DNA of 15,882 nt from an uncultured bacterium (GTDB taxonomy: Bacteria; Caldisericota; Caldisericia; B22-G15): positions 1 to 15,882 of the forward strand of contig CBFDTJ010000032.1 of assembly GCA_965612865.1 (NCBI GenBank). The letters run 5' to 3'. Below are positions 7,569 to 15,788 of the stretch, piece by piece (within the stretch, counting starts at the first letter, position 1; the number at the start of each line of letters is the position of its first letter). Made by a program: the position numbers and the translations under genes. The notes beneath the pieces are model-generated. The model did not search any database, was not told the origin of the DNA, and was given only the letters and a program-made list of their open reading frames with translations.

Positions 7569-8000
7569 GTCAATAATTATAGTGACAGGACCCTCGTTTA
7601 TTAACCTTACCTCCATAAGGGCGGCAAACTTCCCGGTTTTTACTGGTATCCCCTGCTCCCTTACCTTCTCTACAAACTGAAGATACATCTTCTCTGCCCT
7701 ATCTGGTCTCTCAGCTCTCGTAAAATCAGGTCTTAATCCCCTCTTCACATTTCCAAGAAGTGTAAATTGAGATACAACAAGCATCTCTCCACCTATATCC
7801 TTTAAGGATAAATTCATTTTTCCATTTTCATCCTCAAACACCCTTAAATTTGGTATTTTTTTCAATAAAAATTCCATATCTTTTTCTGTATCCTTCTCTT
7901 CCACGGCAAGAAGAACAAGGAAACCTCTTCCAATATTTGAATAGACCTTACCATCTATGACAACACTTGCTTCCTTTACTCTCTGGATAACTCCTCTCAT
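7548..8000 (-). CDS. dtd: D-aminoacyl-tRNA deacylase
   Basis: MRGVIQRV, LRVFEDENGKMNLS, VSQFTL, G.RP.F, TGKFAA.M.V.L.NEGPVT. ATGA overlap with the rel stop codon. Confidence 0.97.
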   Translation of the reverse strand: MRGVIQRVKEASVVIDGKVYSNIGRGFLVLLAVEEKDTEKDMEFLLKKIPNLRVFEDENGKMNLSLKDIGGEMLVVSQFTLLGNVKRGLRPDFTRAERPDRAEKMYLQFVEKVREQGIPVKTGKFAALMEVRLINEGPVTIIIDSRFREF

Positions 8001-10033
8001 TTATAGGTCCTCTTCACTTCAACAACCTGCGGTATAATGGTAAGATCATTCACAAGCTGGCTAAATGCCCTATCCCCGGGAACCTGAAGGGTTAGGTGAA
8101 TTGTTGTAAGCCTCTCCTTTCCCTTTGGTGGCGGAGCGTGAATTGACTCAATATTTATCCCATACTTGGCTATTATTGAGGTTATCTTGTTAAGTAGTCC
8201 TGGTGTATCCTTTACAACAACATCCACTTTTACTGGATAAAAGACCTTCCCTCCTTCAGTCCATTCAACCTTAACCAGTTTGTTCCTTGCTTCAGGATTA
8301 TCTGCAAGGAGTCTCAAGAGATTCTTACAATCTCTCCTGTGTATAACAATTCCCCTCCCTTTTGTTATATAACCGATGATTTCGTCTCCTGGAATTGGAG
8401 TGCAACACTTTGCAAGATTTATAAGTAGATTTCCCTTAACTCCTGAAACTACAATTCCAAGTTTATTTCCCCTCCTTATTTTTCTCTCAAAGATTATGCC
8501 CTTCTCTTCCTCTTTTACCTCTTCTTTCTCTTCTTCTTCCTCTATCTCTACTCTTTCTTTCCTTCTAAAGAATTGCCTTATCTTCTCTCTTGTTGAAGGG
8601 CTTTTAACAAATTTGAGCCAGTCGCGGGATGGTCCTGGAGATGTCTTTGAAACAAGAATTTCCACCCTCTCACCTGTCTGGAGTTTGTAGTCAAGAGGAA
8701 CAATTCTGCCATTCACCTTTGCGCCGATGCACTTATGTCCTATCTCTGTGTGAATCTTATAGGCAAAATCTACAGGAGTTGCGCCTTTTGGAAGGTTTAT
8801 TATCTCTCCCTTTGGAGTAAAAACAAAAATTTCATCAGAGAAAAGGTCTTCCTTTACTCTATTTATAAATTCCTTTGCAGATGGAATGGTTCTCTGCCAC
8901 TCAGATATCTGTCTTATCCAGTTCATCTTGTTCAAAAGGGTCTCCTCTAATTTCTTCCCCTTCTCCTTATAAGCCCAGTGAGCAGCAACTCCCATTTCAC
9001 ATCTTACATGCATCTCCTCGGTTCTTATCTGAACCTCAAAGGGTTCTCCTCTATCTCCTATAACTGTTGTGTGAAGGGATTGATAACCGTTTGGTTTTGG
9101 AATGGCTATGTAATCTTTAACCCTTCCTGGAACAGGTTTCCACAGAGTATGGATGTATCCAAGAGCTTTATAACAATCTGTAACTGTTGGAACAATAACC
9201 CTTAAGGCTGTCAAATCGAATATCTCTTCAAAGGTCTTATTGTCATACTTCATCTTTCTATATATTGAGTAAAGGTTCTTTGCTCTTCCTTCAACTCTAC
9301 AGATAATTCCTTTATCCTTTAAGAAGTTCTCTATCTTTTCCTTTATTCTCTCTATCTCCTCTTCCCTTTCCTCCCTCTTTCTTGAAACTTTTACTTTAAG
9401 ATCCTGATATATTTCAGGTTCAAGATACTTAAGACACAGATCTTCAAGCTCCCACTTTAAGGAGTATATTCCCAATCTATGGGCAAGGGGAACATAAATT
9501 TCCAGCGTCTCTCTGGCAATCCTTTTTCTCTTTTCAGGAGGAAGAAAGTTAAGAGTCCTCATGTTGTGTAATCTATCGGCAAGTTTTATGAAAACCACTC
9601 TGAAGTCTGTTGCCATAGCAATGAGAACCTTCCTTAAAGACTCAAGTTTTCTTTCCTCAAGGGACAGGAATTTTATCTGAGAAATTTTGGTAACTCCGTC
9701 AACAAGACCTGCTATTTCTTTACCAAACTTCTCTTTGAGAGTATCTATACTGACTCCTGTATCCTCCACGACATCGTGAAGTATTCCTGCTGCAAGGGTT
9801 GGGACATCAAGATTAAAGGAAAGAAGGATTAAGGCAACATTTAGTGGATGGAGTATGTATGGTTCCCCTGACTTTCTTGTCTGCCCTTCATGATACTTTT
9901 TTGCAAAAAGATATGCCTTTTCAAGGAAGTTTATATCCTTTTCAATTATCTTTCCTTTTGCTTTCTCTTTGAATTTCTCCCATAATAAAAGATCCTGGGA
10001 AAAATCCACCTCTTTTGCTTCGCCTTTGTCCAT
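7997..10033 (-). CDS. relA: Bifunctional (p)ppGpp synthetase/hydrolase (long RSH, Rel)
   Basis: R.SGEPY..HP, intact HDVVED hydrolase motif, KLADRLHNMRTL, RVKDYI..PKPNGYQSLHT, EVQIRT, TGS domain (VFTPKG...DFAY.IHT..G), AKCC.P.PGD zinc finger and C-terminal ACT domain. SD GAGGAG. Confidence 0.96.
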   Translation of the reverse strand: MDKGEAKEVDFSQDLLLWEKFKEKAKGKIIEKDINFLEKAYLFAKKYHEGQTRKSGEPYILHPLNVALILLSFNLDVPTLAAGILHDVVEDTGVSIDTLKEKFGKEIAGLVDGVTKISQIKFLSLEERKLESLRKVLIAMATDFRVVFIKLADRLHNMRTLNFLPPEKRKRIARETLEIYVPLAHRLGIYSLKWELEDLCLKYLEPEIYQDLKVKVSRKREEREEEIERIKEKIENFLKDKGIICRVEGRAKNLYSIYRKMKYDNKTFEEIFDLTALRVIVPTVTDCYKALGYIHTLWKPVPGRVKDYIAIPKPNGYQSLHTTVIGDRGEPFEVQIRTEEMHVRCEMGVAAHWAYKEKGKKLEETLLNKMNWIRQISEWQRTIPSAKEFINRVKEDLFSDEIFVFTPKGEIINLPKGATPVDFAYKIHTEIGHKCIGAKVNGRIVPLDYKLQTGERVEILVSKTSPGPSRDWLKFVKSPSTREKIRQFFRRKERVEIEEEEEKEEVKEEEKGIIFERKIRRGNKLGIVVSGVKGNLLINLAKCCTPIPGDEIIGYITKGRGIVIHRRDCKNLLRLLADNPEARNKLVKVEWTEGGKVFYPVKVDVVVKDTPGLLNKITSIIAKYGINIESIHAPPPKGKERLTTIHLTLQVPGDRAFSQLVNDLTIIPQVVEVKRTYK

Positions 10034-10064
10034 AAAACTCCTCTTTAAACCCTCTGTTAAATAG

Positions 10065-10094
10065 AAATTAACACAAAGAATACCCCTTTGTCAA
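10065..10094 (-). promoter_or_regulatory. Putative sigma70 promoter for rel-dtd
   Basis: Perfect TTGACA (10094-10089), 18 nt ending TGT, TAATTT (10070-10065), giving an extended -10. It lies just downstream of the apt terminator. Confidence 0.6.
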
Positions 10095-10095
10095 A

Positions 10096-10124
10096 TTAAA
10101 AAAGTGCACCGATTCGGTGCACTT
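10096..10124 (-). terminator. Intrinsic terminator after secD-secF-apt
   Basis: Perfect 10-bp inverted repeat AAGTGCACCG-att-CGGTGCACTT (10102-10124), running into a T tract on the minus strand. Confidence 0.85.
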
Positions 10125-10155
10125 AAAATCAAGAATTTTCTAAATTGATTTTTCT

Positions 10156-10668
10156 TTATAGTTTCATAAGGGAGAACACATTGTAGTCTTTGAGCTTCTC
10201 CCTCCCATTAAGTCCTTCTAATTCAATAAGAAAGGAAATACCCACAACATTTCCACCGAGTTTTTCTACAAGGTCTACTGTGGCTTTGGCAGTACCACCT
10301 GTTGCAAGAACATCATCTACTATGAGCACTCTTTCTCCCTTCTTTATAGCATCCTCGTGTATTTCAAGAATAGCCATTCCATATTCAAGTTCATACTCCT
10401 TCCTAACTGTCTTCCATGGAAGTTTTCCCGGTTTCCTAACTGGAACGAAACCAGCACCAAGTCTGTATGCTATGGTGGATGCAAGAATAAAACCTCTTGC
10501 TTCAATGCCTACAACTACATCAATTCCTTCATCTTTGTGCTTCTCATAAATGCTATCAATGGCATACTTAAAAGCCTCAAAATCCCTTAGAAGAGGAGTA
10601 ATGTCTCTGAATAAAATGCCCTTCTGTGGAAAATCTGGAATGTTTCTTATAAACTTTTCAAGTTCCAT
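10156..10668 (-). CDS. apt: Adenine phosphoribosyltransferase
   Basis: [38 protein letters not shown] and PRPP-binding [18 protein letters not shown]. Confidence 0.98.
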   Translation of the reverse strand: MELEKFIRNIPDFPQKGILFRDITPLLRDFEAFKYAIDSIYEKHKDEGIDVVVGIEARGFILASTIAYRLGAGFVPVRKPGKLPWKTVRKEYELEYGMAILEIHEDAIKKGERVLIVDDVLATGGTAKATVDLVEKLGGNVVGISFLIELEGLNGREKLKDYNVFSLMKL

Positions 10669-10674
10669 ACTATT

Positions 10675-11730
10675 TTACCTCCTTTTCCCTTTCTTTTTCT
10701 TCTTTTTATTTTTCTTTTTTCTTCTTGTAGATTTTGATTCCTCCTTTTGAACTACCTCCCCTGAACCACTTCCCACTGCTACAGTGGCAGGCTGTGGAGC
10801 AATAGCTTTCCTTGGCTTCTCTTCAATCTCGTGTTTGCTCAGTTTATCCCATACAACAAGTAGAGGTGCTGCTATAAATATTGATGAATATGTACCGGAA
10901 AGTATTCCAAAGAGAAGAGTGAAGGAGAAGTCTCTTATTGTTGCTCCACCAAAAAGGATAAGGGCAAGTATTGCAAGGAATGTGGTAAAAGAAGTATTAA
11001 ATGAACGGGTGACAGATTGGCATATACTCTTATTTACTATCTCAGCATAACTCATCTTTCCTTTAAGTATCTTTAAGTTTTCCCTTACTCTGTCAAGAAC
11101 AACCACTGAGTCTTCCACAGAGTATGCTATTATAGCAAGGAGTGCACCAATAAATGGACTGTTCAACTCCTGACCAATAAGGGCAAGGAAACCAAAGGTC
11201 ACGAGAACGTCGTGTATTAGAGCAAGAACAGTAACAACAGCGAATCTAAACTGGAATCTTATGGTTATGTATATAAATATGAAGAGTAAACCTACTCCCA
11301 GTGCTATGGCACCGTTTTTCTTTAATTCATCTGAAATTGTTGGACCTATGGTTTCAACCCTTATACTCTCTCTATCAAGTTTTCCAAATTTCGCCTCTAA
11401 AGAATCAAAGATTTTCTCTCTTTCGTTTGTCTTAAGTGGCTTATTTGTTCTTACAATGAGTCTCCCGTCCTGGGCAACCTGAATAACAGCATCTCCCAAC
11501 CCAAAACTTTTAAGAATGTCTCTTGAAGCACCTACATCTGCAGGTTTCTCAAACTTTAAATCGAGAATGGTTCCACCTGTAAAGTCAAGTCCAAGGATAA
11601 CGGGAGAGCCCACTCTCACATAGTTTATAATCATCCCTGCCACACCAATTAGAATAACTATGATAGATATGGTGAACCAGAGTTTCATTTTGGGAACTAT
11701 TTGCCAGTTTAATACATCAAACTTCTTCAT
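10675..11730 (-). CDS. secF: Protein translocase subunit SecF
   Basis: GLDFTGGT, IGPTIS.EL, YITIRF, LIHDV, YSVEDSVVV.DRVREN, TRSFNTS.TT, GTYSSIFIA. Confidence 0.96.
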   Translation of the reverse strand: MKKFDVLNWQIVPKMKLWFTISIIVILIGVAGMIINYVRVGSPVILGLDFTGGTILDLKFEKPADVGASRDILKSFGLGDAVIQVAQDGRLIVRTNKPLKTNEREKIFDSLEAKFGKLDRESIRVETIGPTISDELKKNGAIALGVGLLFIFIYITIRFQFRFAVVTVLALIHDVLVTFGFLALIGQELNSPFIGALLAIIAYSVEDSVVVLDRVRENLKILKGKMSYAEIVNKSICQSVTRSFNTSFTTFLAILALILFGGATIRDFSFTLLFGILSGTYSSIFIAAPLLVVWDKLSKHEIEEKPRKAIAPQPATVAVGSGSGEVVQKEESKSTRRKKKNKKKKKKGKRR

Positions 11731-11742
11731 TTTTACTCTCCT

Positions 11743-12963
11743 TTAATATCCAAATATAGATTTATATTTTGCAAGAGATGTGGATGAGAATATGTCAATA
11801 AGTAGTCTTGTAACAAATATGGCTGAGAAGAATGATATAAGAATTCCAAGGCTCAAGGTTATTCCAAATCCCTTAATCAAACCTGTTCCAAACCAGATGA
11901 TAGCTATTGCACCTGAAAGAGTGGTAACATTGGAATCAAATACAGTTCTAAAAGCCTTCCTGAACCCAAGACTTACACTTGTCTTTAATGTCTTCCCGCT
12001 TCTAATCTCTTCCTTTATCCTCTCAAAAATAATCACATTTGCATCCACTGCCATTCCAAGGGTAAGTACAATTCCTGCAATTGCTGGAAGAGAAAATGTT
12101 GCCTTTAGAAGTAAAAGAATTCCAAAATCAAGAAGAAGGAATATTGTGAGGGCAACTGTTGCCAGAAATCCCATAAATCTATAGTAGGCTGTCATATAAA
12201 GAGCGATCAAAATAAAAGCAAGAATTGCAGCCTTCTCGCTCAGCTTTATCATATCCTCTCCAAGGGATGGCCCAATAATCTCTGAAGAGAGTATCTCAAC
12301 CTTTAAAGGTAAAGAACCTCCCTTAAGTAGAGCAACATACTCAGATGCCTTTTCTGGAGTAAAACCACCTTCTATGATTCCTTTTCCATCGGTAATTGGT
12401 TCTTTTACCACAGGATTCATAAGAAGGTCTTCGTCAAGATATACAGCAATATGCTTTCCCACATTTTCTTTAGTGGCTTCTGCAAATTTCTTTGCTCCAT
12501 CTGAAGTAAGAGTAAACTGGATTACAGCCTCACCTTCATGTCCTGTCTCTCGGGATAAAGCAACCTTCACATCCTTTAAATCTGCTCCTGTAAGAATCAC
12601 CTTCCCGTCCTCTGTCTTAAACTGGAGAAGTGCTGTTTTTCCAATTAACTCTTCAGCCTTTGTTGGATCCTTCATGCCCGGGATATCCACAATAATTCGT
12701 CTTGAATTTATTCCCCCTGCTCTTTGAACAACAGATTCTGAAAGCCCGAGGGCATTAACTCTGTTTTCAATAACAGCTCTTGTGCTTTCTATAAGCTCTG
12801 GAGTTGCCTTGGCAGCTTCAGTATCCTGGCATTCAAGTACTATGTGAACTCCCCCTTTCAAATCAAGACCGAGTATAGGTTCCTGGGTTTTAATAGCCCA
12901 GACTGCAATTGCAATAACTACAATTAGAAACAGAATCTTCCCGATATAGCTCTTTAGTTTCAT
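11743..12963 (-). CDS. secD: Protein translocase subunit SecD (compact form, 406 aa)
   Basis: LGLDLKGG, RVNALG.SE, IGKTA.LQF, G.LP, IGPSLG, LP.IAG..LT.GMAVDANVIIFERIKEE, DSNVTT, IKGF..TL. SD AGGAGG. Confidence 0.96.
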   Translation of the reverse strand: MKLKSYIGKILFLIVVIAIAVWAIKTQEPILGLDLKGGVHIVLECQDTEAAKATPELIESTRAVIENRVNALGLSESVVQRAGGINSRRIIVDIPGMKDPTKAEELIGKTALLQFKTEDGKVILTGADLKDVKVALSRETGHEGEAVIQFTLTSDGAKKFAEATKENVGKHIAVYLDEDLLMNPVVKEPITDGKGIIEGGFTPEKASEYVALLKGGSLPLKVEILSSEIIGPSLGEDMIKLSEKAAILAFILIALYMTAYYRFMGFLATVALTIFLLLDFGILLLLKATFSLPAIAGIVLTLGMAVDANVIIFERIKEEIRSGKTLKTSVSLGFRKAFRTVFDSNVTTLSGAIAIIWFGTGLIKGFGITLSLGILISFFSAIFVTRLLIDIFSSTSLAKYKSIFGY

Positions 12964-12995
12964 ATTCTTTCCTCCTTAACCTTTAGACCTTACTA

Positions 12996-13023
12996 ATTTT
13001 AGTTATTTTAAATTCAAAGTCAA
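12996..13023 (-). promoter_or_regulatory. Putative sigma70 promoter for secD-secF-apt
   Basis: TTGACT (13023-13018), 16 nt, TAAAAT (13001-12996). Confidence 0.6.
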
Positions 13024-13082
13024 GAACACAATATAAGTTTATCATTTAAAGAGGAATTTTCTTGTTACTTGATTTTAAATAT

Positions 13083-13116
13083 TAAATAATAAAGGGGGCA
13101 TTCGCCCCCTTTATTT
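13083..13116 (-). terminator. Intrinsic terminator (possibly bidirectional) after the phosphoesterase gene
   Basis: 12-bp inverted repeat AATAAAGGGGGC-attc-GCCCCCTTTATT (13088-13115), T-rich tails on both strands, 20 nt after the stop codon. Confidence 0.85.
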
Positions 13117-13135
13117 AGGTTTCCTTTTACCCTAA

Positions 13136-15571
13136 TTATGGAACTCTTATTGGTCCACCCATTATGGCAAATTTTGTGAAGTGGTTTGCATTTCCTACAA
13201 CGCAGTTTCTCTCTGCATTTACTCCACTTTCCGGACAGAGACGCCACATTCCCTGCTCAGAATCCCAGTAGTAAAGCCAGAGTGAACTTTCATTGGTAAG
13301 TCCCCACTCCTCAAGTTCTTTATCGGTGTAGTAAACCTCCACAGTCACAGGCCATACAATCTCATCATCTGGTATGTCTGTTGATATATCCACACACTTT
13401 AGAAGCTTACGATCTCCTGAATTTCCGAGGTTCTGAATACCAACAACTCCTTTTGCATCTTCTTTTGTTTCTATAATAACTCTTGCATCAGCCATCTTCT
13501 TTCTTCCATCAATAATTGCTTTCTCACCGCCAGAAACACTTTCAAGATATGTTGGAGGACTTATCACAACAGAACAAAGCTCATAAAGCTGTATCTCGGT
13601 CTTGCCTGTTCTATCAACATAAGCTACACCAATATCACTTTCAGGATCAACTTCAACAATTGGATACCAGCCTCTCTTCCAGTTGTTTACCCAGTCATAA
13701 ACGCAGTCTGACTGAAGTGTTAAACCTGCACCAACTCCAGCAAGGATCTTATTCTGGACTCTATTAAAGTTGTTTCCACCATAATCACAGGCATCCATAA
13801 CCAGAAGTCCTTTTCCTCCCTCAACAAAGTCCTTCATAGCATAAACATCATCCCATGGAAGGAGACTTGGGTCTCCACCTTTATAGCCAGAACCAAGTCT
13901 GAGCTGTGGGATAACGAGAATGTCATAATCTTTAAGTAAATCCATTGTGATTGGTTCAGTGTTGTCTCCCACAACTTCATAGCCCATATCTTTTAGGGCA
14001 GAGATCAAATCTGATGATTCTTCTGTGGTAAATCTTGCGCTGTATCCTTCATACCAGAGAATCCTCTTTGCCCCCTCAACCATTTTCTGGAATAGTATAT
14101 CAAGAAATACATCAAATTCACCTTTGACCCAGCCACCATTCTCACATGACCAGGCAGTACCACTGGCAACCACCGTTCCTTTTCCAACTTTGCTTATACC
14201 AACCACAGGTGGAAAATCGCCAGGACCGAAGTCAGTAAGAGGTGATGGTCCTGATACATCATCTGGATCTGATGTAGCTTTTGCTCTAACAACTATCTGT
14301 GGCTCTGAAAGTTCCTTATTTATGGTAAATTCATCTATAACATTTCCATTCACATCTATAGCCTGCATGTGAAGCATTGTAGGTGTCACATCAAATACGG
14401 TAAAGTTGTACTCTGCAATTGGACCGCATGCATCATACCAGAGAGGATAGTGCATATAGAGTGGAGCTCCCCATCCACCAGACACAATATGAACTGTTCC
14501 CTTGTCAAAGGAAACATACTCCCCTGGATAAGAGCTAACATTCATGGGCTGGAGTCTCTCGTAAAGATGAACATCACCATTTAAAACTATATCAACGTGA
14601 TGCTTATCAAGAAGTGGGAGGAAATACTCTGAAGTTCCCTTACCTCTTGGATCAAAGGCAGGTCTGTGGAAACCTACAAACTTCCATGTCACATCTTCCG
14701 CTTCACCTAAATCTTTATCTGCCCACTCATACTGGTCACTATGAGGTCCTGTATATGTCTCACTGTTAAGGGCAGTAAAATGAATGTATGGGGTTATATC
14801 CAATGAATACCAGGTTTGAGGTTCAGGTAACATATTAAAGTACTGGAAGTAGAACTTTGCATCTTCTTTTGTTTTCATAAATTCGTCCTTTGTACCTACC
14901 TCATGGTTTCCTAAAAATGGGATTATTGGAATTGTGTATCCTTCACTATCAATCCATGTCTCATCCATATGATTAAACCAATCATCCCAATGAGAAGCTC
15001 TAAATGGCTTTCTTACAAAATCTCCACAATGAATAACGAAATCTGGATCATAGGTGACCATTAACTTTGAAATCTCATCCCTTCCCCATGGAAAATCGGT
15101 GGCTCCTTCTCTTGAATCACCACCAAAAACAAATCTTACGTGATCAGGATTTTCAGGAAGTGTTTTAAATTTACGCTCCTCTTCAAATCCTCCAGGACCA
15201 CCACACACAAAGTAATAAGTCTTTCCTGGTTCAAGACCTGTTAGCTTTACATCGTGAATGTAGCCTCCCAGGTCTTCAATGGTGTGATGGGTTCCCTCTG
15301 CCGAGTATGCATAGAGTTCTGCTGGGTCACCCTCCATTCCTTTTTTGGACTCTGTGTCGTAGTAAACCATGTCACCAGAATCTGGGTTAAGGGTTTTCCA
15401 TGAAATAACTATGGTGGTAGAAAGATCATCATTCCAGTAAAGATGTAACCCTGTTGGTGGATCATCGCCAAGGGGTGTAACTGGAAGACCCTTCATACCC
15501 ATAACAGTAGGGGTTAAGAGAAGGAAGACAACGATGGCAACGACAAAATACTTCCACTGTAATTTTTTCAT
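13136..15571 (-). CDS. Secreted multidomain metallophosphoesterase: signal peptide, FN3-like domain, purple-acid-phosphatase-like catalytic domain, GATase-like domain, C-terminal surface-protein-type domain
   Basis: MKK plus hydrophobic signal sequence; ISW.T...H.V.LTGL.PG.TYY (FN3-like); GGDSR, HCGDFV, GNHE, WYS.D, FHRP, NGDVHLYER, SGGWGAPLY; YDILVIP...FVEGGKGLL; YYW...W...V....HFT.FAI.G. SD GAGGAGG. Confidence 0.88.
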   Translation of the reverse strand: MKKLQWKYFVVAIVVFLLLTPTVMGMKGLPVTPLGDDPPTGLHLYWNDDLSTTIVISWKTLNPDSGDMVYYDTESKKGMEGDPAELYAYSAEGTHHTIEDLGGYIHDVKLTGLEPGKTYYFVCGGPGGFEEERKFKTLPENPDHVRFVFGGDSREGATDFPWGRDEISKLMVTYDPDFVIHCGDFVRKPFRASHWDDWFNHMDETWIDSEGYTIPIIPFLGNHEVGTKDEFMKTKEDAKFYFQYFNMLPEPQTWYSLDITPYIHFTALNSETYTGPHSDQYEWADKDLGEAEDVTWKFVGFHRPAFDPRGKGTSEYFLPLLDKHHVDIVLNGDVHLYERLQPMNVSSYPGEYVSFDKGTVHIVSGGWGAPLYMHYPLWYDACGPIAEYNFTVFDVTPTMLHMQAIDVNGNVIDEFTINKELSEPQIVVRAKATSDPDDVSGPSPLTDFGPGDFPPVVGISKVGKGTVVASGTAWSCENGGWVKGEFDVFLDILFQKMVEGAKRILWYEGYSARFTTEESSDLISALKDMGYEVVGDNTEPITMDLLKDYDILVIPQLRLGSGYKGGDPSLLPWDDVYAMKDFVEGGKGLLVMDACDYGGNNFNRVQNKILAGVGAGLTLQSDCVYDWVNNWKRGWYPIVEVDPESDIGVAYVDRTGKTEIQLYELCSVVISPPTYLESVSGGEKAIIDGRKKMADARVIIETKEDAKGVVGIQNLGNSGDRKLLKCVDISTDIPDDEIVWPVTVEVYYTDKELEEWGLTNESSLWLYYWDSEQGMWRLCPESGVNAERNCVVGNANHFTKFAIMGGPIRVP

Positions 15572-15610
15572 TAGTTTTACCTCCTCATATTTTGTATTTT
15601 TAACACTTTA

Positions 15611-15638
15611 ATTTTAGAATTTTTTAAAGATTAGTCAA
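15611..15638 (-). promoter_or_regulatory. Putative sigma70 promoter for the phosphoesterase gene
   Basis: TTGACT (15638-15633), 16 nt, TAAAAT (15616-15611). Confidence 0.6.
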
Positions 15639-15788
15639 TAAAAATTTATAAACAAGGATTCCACAAACTTCAAACTTATCTATAATCTATTTTATAAGAG
15701 AGTTATTGCTAAGAAAAATTGATGCCTCTTACCGCTAAGGGATTCCAATAGTTTCTGAACTTGTTCAAGATAAAGAGACAACTTAATT

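Noticed and set aside
8500..8565. Pyrimidine-rich TCT/TTC tract as a possible tandem repeat or contingency locus
   Set aside because: Imperfect and explained by the Glu/Lys-rich Rel linker codons. The same applies to the T-rich tract at 10683-10726 (SecF Lys run).
10098..10124. Hairpin AAAAAGTGCACCGATTCGGTGC resembles the 3' hairpin of streptococcal Cas9 tracrRNA
   Set aside because: No anti-repeat, cas gene or CRISPR array is present. Position and T tract fit an ordinary terminator for apt.
13065..13247. 60-aa Cys-containing ORF overlapping the phosphoesterase 3' end
   Set aside because: It is an alternative frame of a real gene, runs through the terminator hairpin and has no convincing family motif.
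54..14584. Many short antisense or nested ORFs (e.g. 54..386, 697..879, 1204..1446, 3696..3944, 4902..5225, 6719..7000, 8376..8690, 10190..10549, 11780..12184, 12374..12727, 14025..14372)
   Set aside because: They lie opposite well-supported genes, are Ser/Phe/Ile/Leu-rich as expected for the reverse complement of Lys/Glu-rich coding DNA, and show no recognisable motifs.
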